Assembly (NCBI GenBank): GCA_046051225.1
Contig: JBJOOR010000006.1
Span: 64,161-128,160 of the forward strand
Direction of reading: 5' to 3'
DNA length: 64,000 nt
DNA from: Bacteroidota bacterium
GTDB lineage: Bacteria > Bacteroidota > Bacteroidia > Chitinophagales > CAIODY01
Shown here: positions 48,254-57,752 of the stretch, one piece after another
Layout: each line of letters starts with the position of its first letter
Position numbering within the stretch: position 1 is the stretch's first letter
The notes under the pieces: generated by a model
What the model was told of the DNA's origin: nothing
What the model saw: the letters and a program-made list of their open reading frames with translations, nothing else
Databases searched by the model: none
Program-made: the position numbers and the translations under genes

Positions 48254-48649
48254 ATGATTCAGCACCTGCTGCCTTTATTTTATAAATTTGTGATGTTTGG
48301 CATCATAGGCTGCATAAGCTTAGTATTAGATTTTGCTATCACTTATTTATTTAAAGAAAAAGTAAAGTGGAATAAATATGTAGCCAATAGTATCAGCTTT
48401 TGTTTGGTAGGATTTGTAAATTTTAATTTGAATCGGCATTTTACTTTTCCCGATCATAATGCAGATTATAATATTCAGCTATTAAAGTTTTTTGCGGTAT
48501 CAAGCACAGGACTTTTACTTAATAATTTCATCACTTATTATTTTACCGAAAAACGAGAATACAATTTCTATTTTTCTAAATTATTGGCAACCTTCATTGT
48601 CATATTTTGGAATTTTACAATGAATAAAGTATTTACATTTAAGCATTAA
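48254..48649 (+). CDS. GtrA-family membrane protein
   Basis: 131 aa with four TM helices. FVMFGIIGCISLVLDF and ...NFTMNKVFTF match the GtrA pattern. Confidence 0.8.
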   Translation: MIQHLLPLFYKFVMFGIIGCISLVLDFAITYLFKEKVKWNKYVANSISFCLVGFVNFNLNRHFTFPDHNADYNIQLLKFFAVSSTGLLLNNFITYYFTEKREYNFYFSKLLATFIVIFWNFTMNKVFTFKH

Positions 48650-48652
48650 TTT

Positions 48653-49396
48653 TTACCAATTACCGATTTTCACTAATTCATCTTTTATTTGCTGATAAGC
48701 TTTTTGTTTTAGCATTTCAGCATCTGTCCATTTCAAACCAGCCACTTTTATTACGGGCAAAAACTGTACATCAATAAAACCTGGCGTAATTGCAATGGCA
48801 CTAAATCTATCTAATACTTGTTGTGTACCTGTTATTACAAAAGGCTGAATATCGGTTTGTGTTTCAATAGCTATTCTAAAAGCACCGTCATAAAAATCAA
48901 TTAATGGCTCGGTACCCATATTAAAAGTTCCTTCAGGGAAAATAACAATTGAAGTACCTCTAAGTATTTGGCGTTTTAATAATTTTACACTTCTGGCTCT
49001 ATTAAAAGGGCTACTTCTATCAACTGATATGGCAACTGATTTATAGATAGGACCAAACAATGGAATTTTACCCATTTCAGCTTTTCCTAATGGTTTAAAA
49101 TATTTAGGAATAGCTAAAAAAATTAAAGCTGCATCTAAATATGAGCGATGATTGGCAATAAAAATTACCGATTTTTCTTTATCTACATGCTCTCTTCCTT
49201 TTACCCGTAATCGTATAAAAAAGCAGATAAATACAAACTTTGTCCAAGCGCAATTTATCTTAAAAATAGTTTGACTTTTTACACTTTCGGGTAAAAGCTG
49301 ACAAGCCATAATTAAACTAAATGCTATTAAAAGGGTAACGAAAAAAATGATTAAAATGTAAATTCTATAAGGCAGCCAGATTATTTTTTTCATCAA
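48653..49396 (-). CDS. 1-acyl-sn-glycerol-3-phosphate acyltransferase family
   Basis: ANHRSYLD (HX4D) and FPEGT motifs. Confidence 0.85.
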   Translation of the reverse strand: MMKKIIWLPYRIYILIIFFVTLLIAFSLIMACQLLPESVKSQTIFKINCAWTKFVFICFFIRLRVKGREHVDKEKSVIFIANHRSYLDAALIFLAIPKYFKPLGKAEMGKIPLFGPIYKSVAISVDRSSPFNRARSVKLLKRQILRGTSIVIFPEGTFNMGTEPLIDFYDGAFRIAIETQTDIQPFVITGTQQVLDRFSAIAITPGFIDVQFLPVIKVAGLKWTDAEMLKQKAYQQIKDELVKIGNW

Positions 49397-50983
49397 TTAT
49401 TGGGTAAATACTTTTATATTCTTGTTTTGAGGGGTTAAATGTACCATTAAAGTTTCAACAAATTGGTTTCCGTACTTCAAAAAATACGAAATAAAATTAT
49501 CGTGGCGTTCGTGTAAATGATTATTGGGCAATAATTTTTCTCTCCATTTTTGTATTTGTTGAATAGAATCAGATAGTTTTTTCTTATCAGCTTGCAATAA
49601 TTTTTTTTGCAAATTTTCAAATTGATTATTTATTTGAGTAGCCACAGCCAAGCTTATTGGCTCATAAGTTTTATCATGTAGTTTTATTTTTTCATTCAAT
49701 TCGGCTATTTTAGTTTGTATTGCTTCAATTTCTGCATCAACATTTAATCCTCCATTTTTTTCTGTATAATCTACAATTAAATCATTTACATTTTTAAAAA
49801 TATCTGCCACCTCAAAATTCCATTTTAATCTTTTTTGCTCTGCTTGTTCATTTATCCAAAAAATGGAATCCCGTAATTCAATTTTCGGAAAATCGATTTT
49901 ATAAAAATCAAACAAAGTTTTTAGTTGCAACCAATAAGTTACTTCGCTACCGCCACCTACAAAAGCCACATCAGGTAATATTATGCTTTGGTATAAAGCC
50001 CTTAGCACTACATTGGGGCTAAACTTTTCAGTATTTGAATCCACCAAACTTTCAATTTCATGTTTCGAAAATTTCAAATCAGTATTATTCACTTTCCAAG
50101 TTTCATTTTCTTTAATTATGCGCTCTCTACTATTGTTATCTAAATAAAAAAGATTGATTTCACGAGGAGTAATTTGAAGTTCATTATTTTCGAAATTAGC
50201 TAACCAATTTTTATCATTTAATAAAATAACTGAATTTTGGTTTATCAATTCATCTTTAATAATGGGTTTAAAATATTGTTTTAATTTGGGTTCGTTAGCA
50301 TCTAAAATTACTAACCCATAGCTACCCAATAATTCGTTTAATAAGCATCTAAATGCTTTGCTCATCGAGTATTCGGGTTGATAACTTTTTTTTAAAATAG
50401 CAATTATTTCATCTTTTCGTATTTCATTTTGAAACAGATTTTCTATTTCATTTATCACTTCATCAATTCCTGCTAAATTCATACTACCCACGGCACCGCT
50501 TTGATTAGTTTGCCAATTTATTTTTTTATTAAATAAATTTATGTGGTTTAATTCATCTATATCATGGTCTTCGCTGCCTATATAAAATACAGGCACAAAA
50601 TCATTTTCGGGAAAATCTTTTTTGTATTGTTGCGCCAATTTTATAGCCGAAATGGCTTTTACAATTGTATAAATAGGCCCAGTAAATAAGCAGGGCTGAT
50701 GAGCTGTGGTGATGGTAAAACAATTATTGTTTCGCAACAATTTAATATTATGCAATACCGATTCGTGAAGGCTTAAAAATGAATTTTGCGCTATTAATAT
50801 GTCAGCCAATTCGTTACGTTGAATAGTACTAAAATGCTTGCGGCTTTCTATTGTTTTTTTAATGTATGAATTGTTGAAATAATCATTATCCAAAAAGTGA
50901 AATAATTTATTTTCAACAGCATATTCAATAATAAATTTGCTAAATTGACGAGTGGCTTGAAGTGGTAGATAACTTAATAGCAT
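49397..50983 (-). CDS. bshC: bacillithiol biosynthesis cysteine-adding enzyme
   Basis: 528 aa. N-terminal ...FSKFIIEY..., GSEDHDIDE motif and C-terminal coiled coil, as in BshC. Confidence 0.8.
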   Translation of the reverse strand: MLLSYLPLQATRQFSKFIIEYAVENKLFHFLDNDYFNNSYIKKTIESRKHFSTIQRNELADILIAQNSFLSLHESVLHNIKLLRNNNCFTITTAHQPCLFTGPIYTIVKAISAIKLAQQYKKDFPENDFVPVFYIGSEDHDIDELNHINLFNKKINWQTNQSGAVGSMNLAGIDEVINEIENLFQNEIRKDEIIAILKKSYQPEYSMSKAFRCLLNELLGSYGLVILDANEPKLKQYFKPIIKDELINQNSVILLNDKNWLANFENNELQITPREINLFYLDNNSRERIIKENETWKVNNTDLKFSKHEIESLVDSNTEKFSPNVVLRALYQSIILPDVAFVGGGSEVTYWLQLKTLFDFYKIDFPKIELRDSIFWINEQAEQKRLKWNFEVADIFKNVNDLIVDYTEKNGGLNVDAEIEAIQTKIAELNEKIKLHDKTYEPISLAVATQINNQFENLQKKLLQADKKKLSDSIQQIQKWREKLLPNNHLHERHDNFISYFLKYGNQFVETLMVHLTPQNKNIKVFTQ

Positions 50984-51012
50984 AATGAAAAAATGGTTCG
51001 GAAAATTACAAT

Positions 51013-51041
51013 AAAAAAGCCCCGATTAAACATATCGGGGC
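51013..51041 (-). terminator. rho-independent terminator after the first M43-like protease gene
   Basis: gccccgat-taaacat-atcggggc, with a T run on the minus strand. Confidence 0.7.
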
Positions 51042-51067
51042 TATAATTGTTTTTTTAATTTATATTC

Positions 51068-52576
51068 TTATTTACTTACCATAACTTTTTCTGTTTTTAA
51101 AATTTTGTTATCGGCGTTTCTTAATTGAACAAAATATTCGCCCGAAGCCCAGTTTGAAGTTTCAACTACTTCGCTTCCGATTGTTGAATGAATAGATTTA
51201 TTCAACAATATTTTTCCATTCAAATCCATTACTGATAAATTATAACCTGCATTATTTTCAGCAACAAAATTTACTAAAAAATAATTTGAAGCAGGATTAG
51301 GAAATATTTTGATATACGAATTGTTACTCAAATCGTTTGTTGATAATGCTTTTGAAGTAATAAACGAATGGGTATTAGTATAAAAACTACTGCAAGTAGC
51401 AGCAGGATTAAATGCAACAACCAACCATTTATAAAATACAGATTCTTTCAAATTATCGTTTGCATAAATATTGGCTGTGGTATCCGAAGTTATTTTACTC
51501 CATACTTGGTTTGTATTGTTGCCTTGCTTATACACTGCTACACAATATTTTGTAGCACCAGCCACACTATGCCATTTAAAATTAATGAAATCGGCAGGCA
51601 AAGTTTCACCATTGGGTGTAATTAATCCTATAGTATCATTTATTTGAGTTGAATTTTGTGGCAGATTCAAATGCCAATTAAAATGAAATGTATCTAACGA
51701 GGCTTGCATGGCAGCTATTTGTTCTTTGCTGAACTTACTTAAACATATATCGTCAAAATTGCTCATATACAATGATGAATCAGTATTTAATGGAACACCG
51801 TTGGGGTCTTTATATCTGCAATGGTTAGATATACAACTTACCCTATCTATATTATAATCTGGTGGCGTATCGCAAAATTTATCTGCCACAGCATGGCAGT
51901 TGCTGCCATCCATTTTTTCTAATGTTTGCGGTACAATATAACCAGCTGATGGCTGATTCCAACAAGAACTATCATATACTTGAATATTTTGAAAAGTATG
52001 CGGCAAACTAAAATAATGACCTATATCATGTGTAAGTACAGTTGAATTTTTACCGCCACAAGCGCCAATCAGTACTACCACATCTCGTGTTGGCGAATAA
52101 TATCCACAAAGCCCTGGAGAACCATTAACAAAAAAAATATTTATAGCATTTAAAGTAAAATGCTTACTGCTTTGCATAATAGAATCTGCCATAGGATTAG
52201 TTTCTGAAGCATCATTATAAAACAAAGTATTGTTTATATAATCAATATCCTGATATAGAAAAAAATGGAAATTGATTGAATCTCTGGTAAAACGCATATT
52301 CAAATCGCATATATCATCAAATAATTTTTGAAGTGGGTAATAGCCCGTATGATCATCATTCCCTACAATATGAGCTTTGATAGGAATATAAATAGTAGTG
52401 TTTTTCTTTTTTCTGTATTGTGGCAATCCATCATTGCGTTGGTATGCATCAAGCCAATCTGCTTGTGTTTTACTTAATTCGGTGTTGCATCGGCTAGGTC
52501 TTTCGGTAGTTTGAGCATTTGCATTGTTGCTAAACAATAGAATAATGAAAACTAAAAAAATGAAATTATTTTTCAT
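51068..52576 (-). CDS. M43 (pappalysin/cytophagalysin)-like protein with T9SS CTD; zinc motif reads HDIGH
   Basis: VLTHDIGHYFSLPHTF (codons cat gat ata ggt cat checked on the DNA), a signal peptide, and the C-terminal IFPNP... CTD. Confidence 0.8.
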   Translation of the reverse strand: MKNNFIFLVFIILLFSNNANAQTTERPSRCNTELSKTQADWLDAYQRNDGLPQYRKKKNTTIYIPIKAHIVGNDDHTGYYPLQKLFDDICDLNMRFTRDSINFHFFLYQDIDYINNTLFYNDASETNPMADSIMQSSKHFTLNAINIFFVNGSPGLCGYYSPTRDVVVLIGACGGKNSTVLTHDIGHYFSLPHTFQNIQVYDSSCWNQPSAGYIVPQTLEKMDGSNCHAVADKFCDTPPDYNIDRVSCISNHCRYKDPNGVPLNTDSSLYMSNFDDICLSKFSKEQIAAMQASLDTFHFNWHLNLPQNSTQINDTIGLITPNGETLPADFINFKWHSVAGATKYCVAVYKQGNNTNQVWSKITSDTTANIYANDNLKESVFYKWLVVAFNPAATCSSFYTNTHSFITSKALSTNDLSNNSYIKIFPNPASNYFLVNFVAENNAGYNLSVMDLNGKILLNKSIHSTIGSEVVETSNWASGEYFVQLRNADNKILKTEKVMVSK

Positions 52577-52599
52577 GATAAATTATTTTATGATGAATT

Positions 52600-52648
52600 A
52601 AAAAGCCCTGTACAAATATGGTGGTTTATACAGGGCTATATTTTTTTT
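52600..52648. terminator. hairpin terminator between the two protease paralogs
   Basis: agccctgta ... tacagggct flanked by A and T runs. Confidence 0.65.
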
Positions 52649-52663
52649 GAAAATCTATTTTTA

Positions 52664-54178
52664 TTATTTACTTACCATAACTTTTTCTGTTTTTAAAATT
52701 TTGTTATCGGCGTTTCTTAATTGAACAAAATATTCGCCCGAAGCCCAGTTTGAAGTTTCAACTACTTCTGTTCTGCCATTAGCAGCAATTTGTTTGTTAT
52801 AAACTTGTTTGCCCGAAATATCAAATACCGTAAGTGTATAATTTCCAACAGTTGTTTCAGAAATATAATTTACAATAAAATAATTATTTACAGGGTTAGG
52901 ATAAATTTTGAAAGATGAAACAGAAGAAATAGTATTAATACCTGTAGCAGCCGAAGGAGAGAATTGAACAGCTGCGCCAAAAGTACCACATGGTTTACCA
53001 GGATTATATGCCATTACTTTAATATTATACAATACATTTTCAACCAAATTTGCATTAGCATAAAATGCAGCAAAAGTATCAGTAGTCATTACACTCCAAA
53101 CTTGGTTTGTAGCATTACCTTGCTTATAAATAGCCACACAATATTTGGTAGCACCAGGTACAGATGTCCAACTACATGTAACAAAATCGGCAGGTGGTGT
53201 ATCAATTGTATTAGGTGTTATTAAAGTAGGCGTACCTGTAACGGCATTAAAGTTTTGAGCAAGATTTAATAAATAACCAGCACGAACTGTATTATAATTA
53301 GCTTGCATAGCGCCTCGTTGCTCATGGCTAAAACGAGTAACACAAATATCATCAGCATAACTCATGTATAAAGAACTGTCTGGTCTAACAACTACGCCAT
53401 TTGGGTCTTTTCTTAGTGTGCAGATAAATGGGCATGCCCATCTATCAGGATTGTAATCGGCTTTTGTATCACAAAATTTATCGCCAGCTACATAGCAATT
53501 GCTACGATCTACTTTTTCTGGATTTGTTGGTTTCGACATACCTGTTTTTACAATGGTATCACAGTTAGCATCCCATACACCTTCCCAGCCATTAAAAGTA
53601 TGAGGTAAGCTAAAATAATGTCCTACTTCATGAGCAACTGTGGTTGCATTATGACCACCACAAGCGCCAATAATAACTACTACATCTAATCCTGGAGAGA
53701 AATAGCCGCATAAGCCTGGCGATGCAGAAACGAAGAACATATTTAAAGCACCCGAACGATGGTGTAAAGAGCTATTCATGATAGAATTTGCCATTGGGTT
53801 AGTTTGCGAACCATCATTATAAAATGAAGTATTATTAATGTAATCAATATCTTCATATAAAAAGAAATGGATACCAATAGAATCTCTATCGTAACGCATG
53901 TTTAATTCGCATACATCGGCAAATAATTTTTGTAAATCATAATACCCCGAACCATCATCTTTTCCTACTATATGCGCCTTAATAGGCACATATACAGAAT
54001 AAGTGTTTTTTTTGCGATACACTTCCGAAGCATCATTACGTTGGTATTCATCTAACCAATCTAATTGGGCTTTACTTAGTTTAGTGCCACACCAATTTGA
54101 TGGTTTCGCATCTTGTGCATTTACTTTTGCAAAGCAAAGCATCATTAAGAGTAGATAAGTAAAAGTTTTTTTAATCAT
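52664..54178 (-). CDS. M43-like zinc metalloprotease with T9SS CTD
   Basis: VAHEVGHYFSLPHTF (HExxH). Start taken at ATG 54178 (MIKKTFTYLLLMMLCFAKVNAQ signal peptide) rather than the track start at 54262. Confidence 0.8.
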   Translation of the reverse strand: MIKKTFTYLLLMMLCFAKVNAQDAKPSNWCGTKLSKAQLDWLDEYQRNDASEVYRKKNTYSVYVPIKAHIVGKDDGSGYYDLQKLFADVCELNMRYDRDSIGIHFFLYEDIDYINNTSFYNDGSQTNPMANSIMNSSLHHRSGALNMFFVSASPGLCGYFSPGLDVVVIIGACGGHNATTVAHEVGHYFSLPHTFNGWEGVWDANCDTIVKTGMSKPTNPEKVDRSNCYVAGDKFCDTKADYNPDRWACPFICTLRKDPNGVVVRPDSSLYMSYADDICVTRFSHEQRGAMQANYNTVRAGYLLNLAQNFNAVTGTPTLITPNTIDTPPADFVTCSWTSVPGATKYCVAIYKQGNATNQVWSVMTTDTFAAFYANANLVENVLYNIKVMAYNPGKPCGTFGAAVQFSPSAATGINTISSVSSFKIYPNPVNNYFIVNYISETTVGNYTLTVFDISGKQVYNKQIAANGRTEVVETSNWASGEYFVQLRNADNKILKTEKVMVSK

Positions 54179-54433
54179 TTGTTTATTTAGTTTATTTTGG
54201 TTCTTACTTTTTTTTGTTCGGCAAATATAAATGAAAATACGAGTTAAAAAAGTTTTTTTCATTCGTATCCATCAACTTTAAGTTTTGCTATATTAATTGT
54301 CGAAATAAAAAACGAAAGGGTTGCATCGAGATAAAAATATTTTTTATTTCAAAAACTTTTTTTGATTTCATAAAAATTGATTTGTACTTTTCAAAACTGA
54401 AAACAAAATACTAATCATTCAAACTTACAACAC

Positions 54434-57055
54434 ATGAATATCATCGACATTAAAGTAATGAAAGGACCAAACTATTGGTCAGTGCGCCGTCACAAGCTAA
54501 TTGTAATGCGATTAGATTTGGAAGACATGGAGCAAAAACCCACCGATAAAATTGATGGTTTTTTAGAACGCTTACAAGCATTAATGCCCTCGATGCAATC
54601 GCATCGTTGCAGCGAAGGCTGCGATGGTGGCTTTTTTATGAGGGTAAAAGAAGGCACTTGGATGGGGCATGTGATTGAACATATTGCTTTAGAACTGCAA
54701 ACATTAGCAGGTATGGATGTGGGTTTTGGCAGAACCAGAGAAACATCTACACCCGGTATTTATCATGTGGTGTTTAGTTATTTTGAAGAAAAAGCTGGCA
54801 TATATGCAGCAAAAGCAGCAGTAAAAATTGGGCAAGCTTTAACCGATAATGTGCCTTATGATTTAACTGATGATATTAATAATCTTCGTGAGTTGAGAGA
54901 AGATGAACGCCTTGGACCATCTACTGGTAGCTTGGTTGAAGAAGCTGTGAAAAGAAAAATTCCTTACATCCGTTTGAATAAAAGTTCGTTGGTACAGTTG
55001 GGTTATGGTGTAAATCAAAAACGTATTCAAGCCACAATTGCTTCAACAACATCAAGCATTGCAGTTGAAATTGCTTGCGATAAAGAAGATACAAAAAATA
55101 TTTTAAGTGCTGCTGAAATCCCTGTGCCAAAGGGTTTGATATGTGTTGACCATGAAGATTTAGAAGCTGCCATAAAAAAAATTGGTTATCCAATTGTTAC
55201 CAAACCTATTGATGGCAATCATGGCAAAGGTGCAACTACTGATATTAAAAATTGGGACGAAGCTGTTATCGCATTTGAAGCAGCAAAAAAATATTCAAGA
55301 AAAATTATTGTTGAAAAATTTATCACAGGTTTCGATCATCGAATTTTAGTGATTAACTACAAATTTATTTGTGCAGCCAAACGTACACCAGCAGCGGTGT
55401 TGGGCGATGGCAAATCTACCATTCAACAATTAATTGATAAAGTAAATGAAGACCCACGAAGAGGTTACGGACATGAAAAAGTTTTAACATCAATTAAAGT
55501 TGATTCATTTACTGAAAAAATATTGGCTGATAAAAATATTACTTTAGAAACCATTTTACCAAAAGGCGAAGAGCTTTGGTTGAAGCCTACAGCAAATATT
55601 TCGACTGGTGGTACAGCTACTGATGTAACTGATTTGGTGCATCCTTCCAATGTTTTTATGTGTGAACGAATTGCCCGAATTATTGGATTAGATATTTGTG
55701 GAATTGATATTATGGCTGAAAATTTAAGTGAGCCATTGAGTGAAAATGGTGGCGCAATTTTAGAAGTAAACGCTGCACCTGGCTTCCGTATGCATTTAGA
55801 GCCTACTATTGGTTTGCCACGAAATGTAGCTGAACCTGTGATTGATATGTTGTATCCACCTGGAGCATCGGCTCGTATTCCGATTATTGCCATTGGTGGT
55901 ACAAATGGTAAAACAACTACTACCCGAATGATGGCGCATATTGTAAAACAAATGGGACATAAAGTTGGCTTTACAACCACCGATGGTGTGTATATTCAAA
56001 ATCAATTAATGATGAGAGGCGATTGCACAGGACCAATTAGTGCTGAATTTATTTTAAAAGATCCTACTGTTGATTTTGCAGTTTTAGAATGTGCCCGTGG
56101 TGGAATTTTACGAGCAGGATTAGGTTTTCATAATTGCGATATTGCTATTGTAACCAATGTAGCCGCCGACCATCTTGGGTTGCAAGGCATTGATACGATG
56201 GAGCAATTAGCCCGTGTGAAAGCAGTAGTACCCGAAAGTGTATTGCCCGAAGGTTATGCCATTTTAAATGCTGATGATGATTTGGTGTATGCCATGCATA
56301 AAGATTTGGCTTGCAAAGTGGCTTATTTTAGTTTAGATGAAAATAATCCGAGAATCAAGAAACACTGTGCTGAAGGTGGTTTGGCGGCTGTTTACGAAAA
56401 CGGTTATGTAACTATTATGAAAGGCACTTGGAAAATTAGAGTTGATAAAGCAAGTAATTTCCCAATAACATTTGGTGGCAAAGCCGAGTTTAATATTGCC
56501 AATGTATTGCCTGTTGTATTAGCATCGCACATTCGTAATTTTAAAATTGAAGATGTGAAGCAAGCTTTGGAAACCTTTGTGCCATCGGCTGCACAAACAC
56601 CTGGGCGTATGAATATGTTCCATTTCAAAAACTTTACGGTGATGGTTGATTATGCTCACAACACACATGGTATTATGGCGATTGGGAAATTTGTGAAGCA
56701 AGTGGAAGCTACAAAACGAATTGGTGTAATTGCTGGAGTGGGGGATAGACGTGATGAAGACACGATTTCGTTAGGTGCTGAAGCGGCTAAAATATTTGAT
56801 GAAATAATTATTCGTCAGGATAGAAATTTACGTGGCAAAAGCGAACAGGAAATTATTGATTTGATTCTGCAAGGCATAAAATCGGTGAATCCAAATTTAA
56901 AAGTTACGGTATTCAAACAAGAAAAAGAATCCATCGACTTCGTTATTAAAAATGCACCAAAAGGAGCATTCATCACCATTTGCAGCGATGTAGTGCCTGA
57001 TGCTTTAGACCAAATTATGCGATTGAAAGAAGAAGAAGGAGCAGTGGTGGTTTAA
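54434..57055 (+). CDS. cphA: cyanophycin synthetase
   Basis: 873 aa. N-terminal MKGPNYWS..., an ATP-grasp middle domain, and a Mur-ligase-like C-terminal domain (GTNGKTTT). Confidence 0.93.
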   Translation: MNIIDIKVMKGPNYWSVRRHKLIVMRLDLEDMEQKPTDKIDGFLERLQALMPSMQSHRCSEGCDGGFFMRVKEGTWMGHVIEHIALELQTLAGMDVGFGRTRETSTPGIYHVVFSYFEEKAGIYAAKAAVKIGQALTDNVPYDLTDDINNLRELREDERLGPSTGSLVEEAVKRKIPYIRLNKSSLVQLGYGVNQKRIQATIASTTSSIAVEIACDKEDTKNILSAAEIPVPKGLICVDHEDLEAAIKKIGYPIVTKPIDGNHGKGATTDIKNWDEAVIAFEAAKKYSRKIIVEKFITGFDHRILVINYKFICAAKRTPAAVLGDGKSTIQQLIDKVNEDPRRGYGHEKVLTSIKVDSFTEKILADKNITLETILPKGEELWLKPTANISTGGTATDVTDLVHPSNVFMCERIARIIGLDICGIDIMAENLSEPLSENGGAILEVNAAPGFRMHLEPTIGLPRNVAEPVIDMLYPPGASARIPIIAIGGTNGKTTTTRMMAHIVKQMGHKVGFTTTDGVYIQNQLMMRGDCTGPISAEFILKDPTVDFAVLECARGGILRAGLGFHNCDIAIVTNVAADHLGLQGIDTMEQLARVKAVVPESVLPEGYAILNADDDLVYAMHKDLACKVAYFSLDENNPRIKKHCAEGGLAAVYENGYVTIMKGTWKIRVDKASNFPITFGGKAEFNIANVLPVVLASHIRNFKIEDVKQALETFVPSAAQTPGRMNMFHFKNFTVMVDYAHNTHGIMAIGKFVKQVEATKRIGVIAGVGDRRDEDTISLGAEAAKIFDEIIIRQDRNLRGKSEQEIIDLILQGIKSVNPNLKVTVFKQEKESIDFVIKNAPKGAFITICSDVVPDALDQIMRLKEEEGAVVV
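56969..57022 (+). repeat. 54-bp direct repeat copy A (inside the cphA 3' end)
   Basis: ttcatcaccatttgcagcgatgtagtgcctgatgctttagaccaaattatgcga. Matches 57657-57710 with 2 substitutions. Confidence 0.9.
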
Positions 57056-57656
57056 TTAATTTGAGAATTTGAAAATGGAGTACATAATTAAATATTGGTC
57101 GCAAATTGCTGTCATCCTATCTATTTTGGTTGGTGGGATTTCTTATTTTTTCAAGTTATTCTTTGAATCAAAAAATAAGAAACAAGAAATAATTTTCAAT
57201 CTTGTAAAAGCAAAGAAAATTGAGCAGTTGAAAGAATTTTATAAAAGCTATGTTGAATTTTATTCATTGTTAGAGAATTTAGAATTTTATGGAGGACAAA
57301 ATAGAAAAGTTGAAGAAAGTCAAATAAGAACCAATATTATTGAGCCATTCAAAAATTTTAAATCGAATTTAATGTACTTAAAAATATTTCTAAATCAAGA
57401 TGAATGCAATAGCTTTAATGAACTAGAAAAAAAATTAGACAACATTTTTCTAAAACTTGATTTTTCAGCAATCTCAAGGAATATACATGGATATATTTCA
57501 GATAATGATTTACAAAAAGATTTGAAGTATATTCGAGATGTTGTTCGGAAAACTGAAATCCCAAAACTACTTGAGAAAATAGAAGTGACTGTGAAAAAAG
57601 ATTTTGGAATTATTTAAATCTTTAATTCTTCAAATCATCACATCTTCAAACTCAAC
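57023..57656 (+). mobile_element. 634-bp single-gene insertion in the cphA 3' end (no transposase or recombinase)
   Basis: Bounded by the 54-bp direct repeats. Sub-terminal imperfect inverted repeat atttgagaatt (~57060) / aattcttcaaat (~57624). Confidence 0.55.
57075..57617 (+). CDS. hypothetical protein with N-terminal TM helix (cargo of the cphA insertion)
   Basis: ATG at 57075 (the track uses TTG at 57069). MEYIIKYWSQIAVILSILVGGISYFF, then a helical Lys/Glu-rich region. No recognisable family. Confidence 0.55.
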   Translation: MEYIIKYWSQIAVILSILVGGISYFFKLFFESKNKKQEIIFNLVKAKKIEQLKEFYKSYVEFYSLLENLEFYGGQNRKVEESQIRTNIIEPFKNFKSNLMYLKIFLNQDECNSFNELEKKLDNIFLKLDFSAISRNIHGYISDNDLQKDLKYIRDVVRKTEIPKLLEKIEVTVKKDFGII

Positions 57657-57728
57657 TTCATCACCATTTACAGCGATGTAGTGCCTGATGTTTTAGACCA
57701 AATTATGCGAATAATAGAATGTAATTAA
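57657..57728 (+). pseudogene. orphaned ancestral 3' end of cphA
   Basis: Reads FITIYSDVVPDVLDQIMRIIECN*, against the FITICSDVVPDALDQIMR-LKEEEGAVVV* tail of the intact gene. Confidence 0.65.
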
Positions 57729-57752
57729 ATTTCAATGTTTTAATTTGTTAAT

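Noticed and set aside
55465-55980. Antisense ORFs inside cphA (55465-55980, 55796-56005), inside the DHOase-like gene (26240-26776) and inside gyrA (34959-35321).
   Set aside because: They lie wholly within well-supported genes on the opposite strand and have no recognisable motifs. These are typical shadow ORFs.
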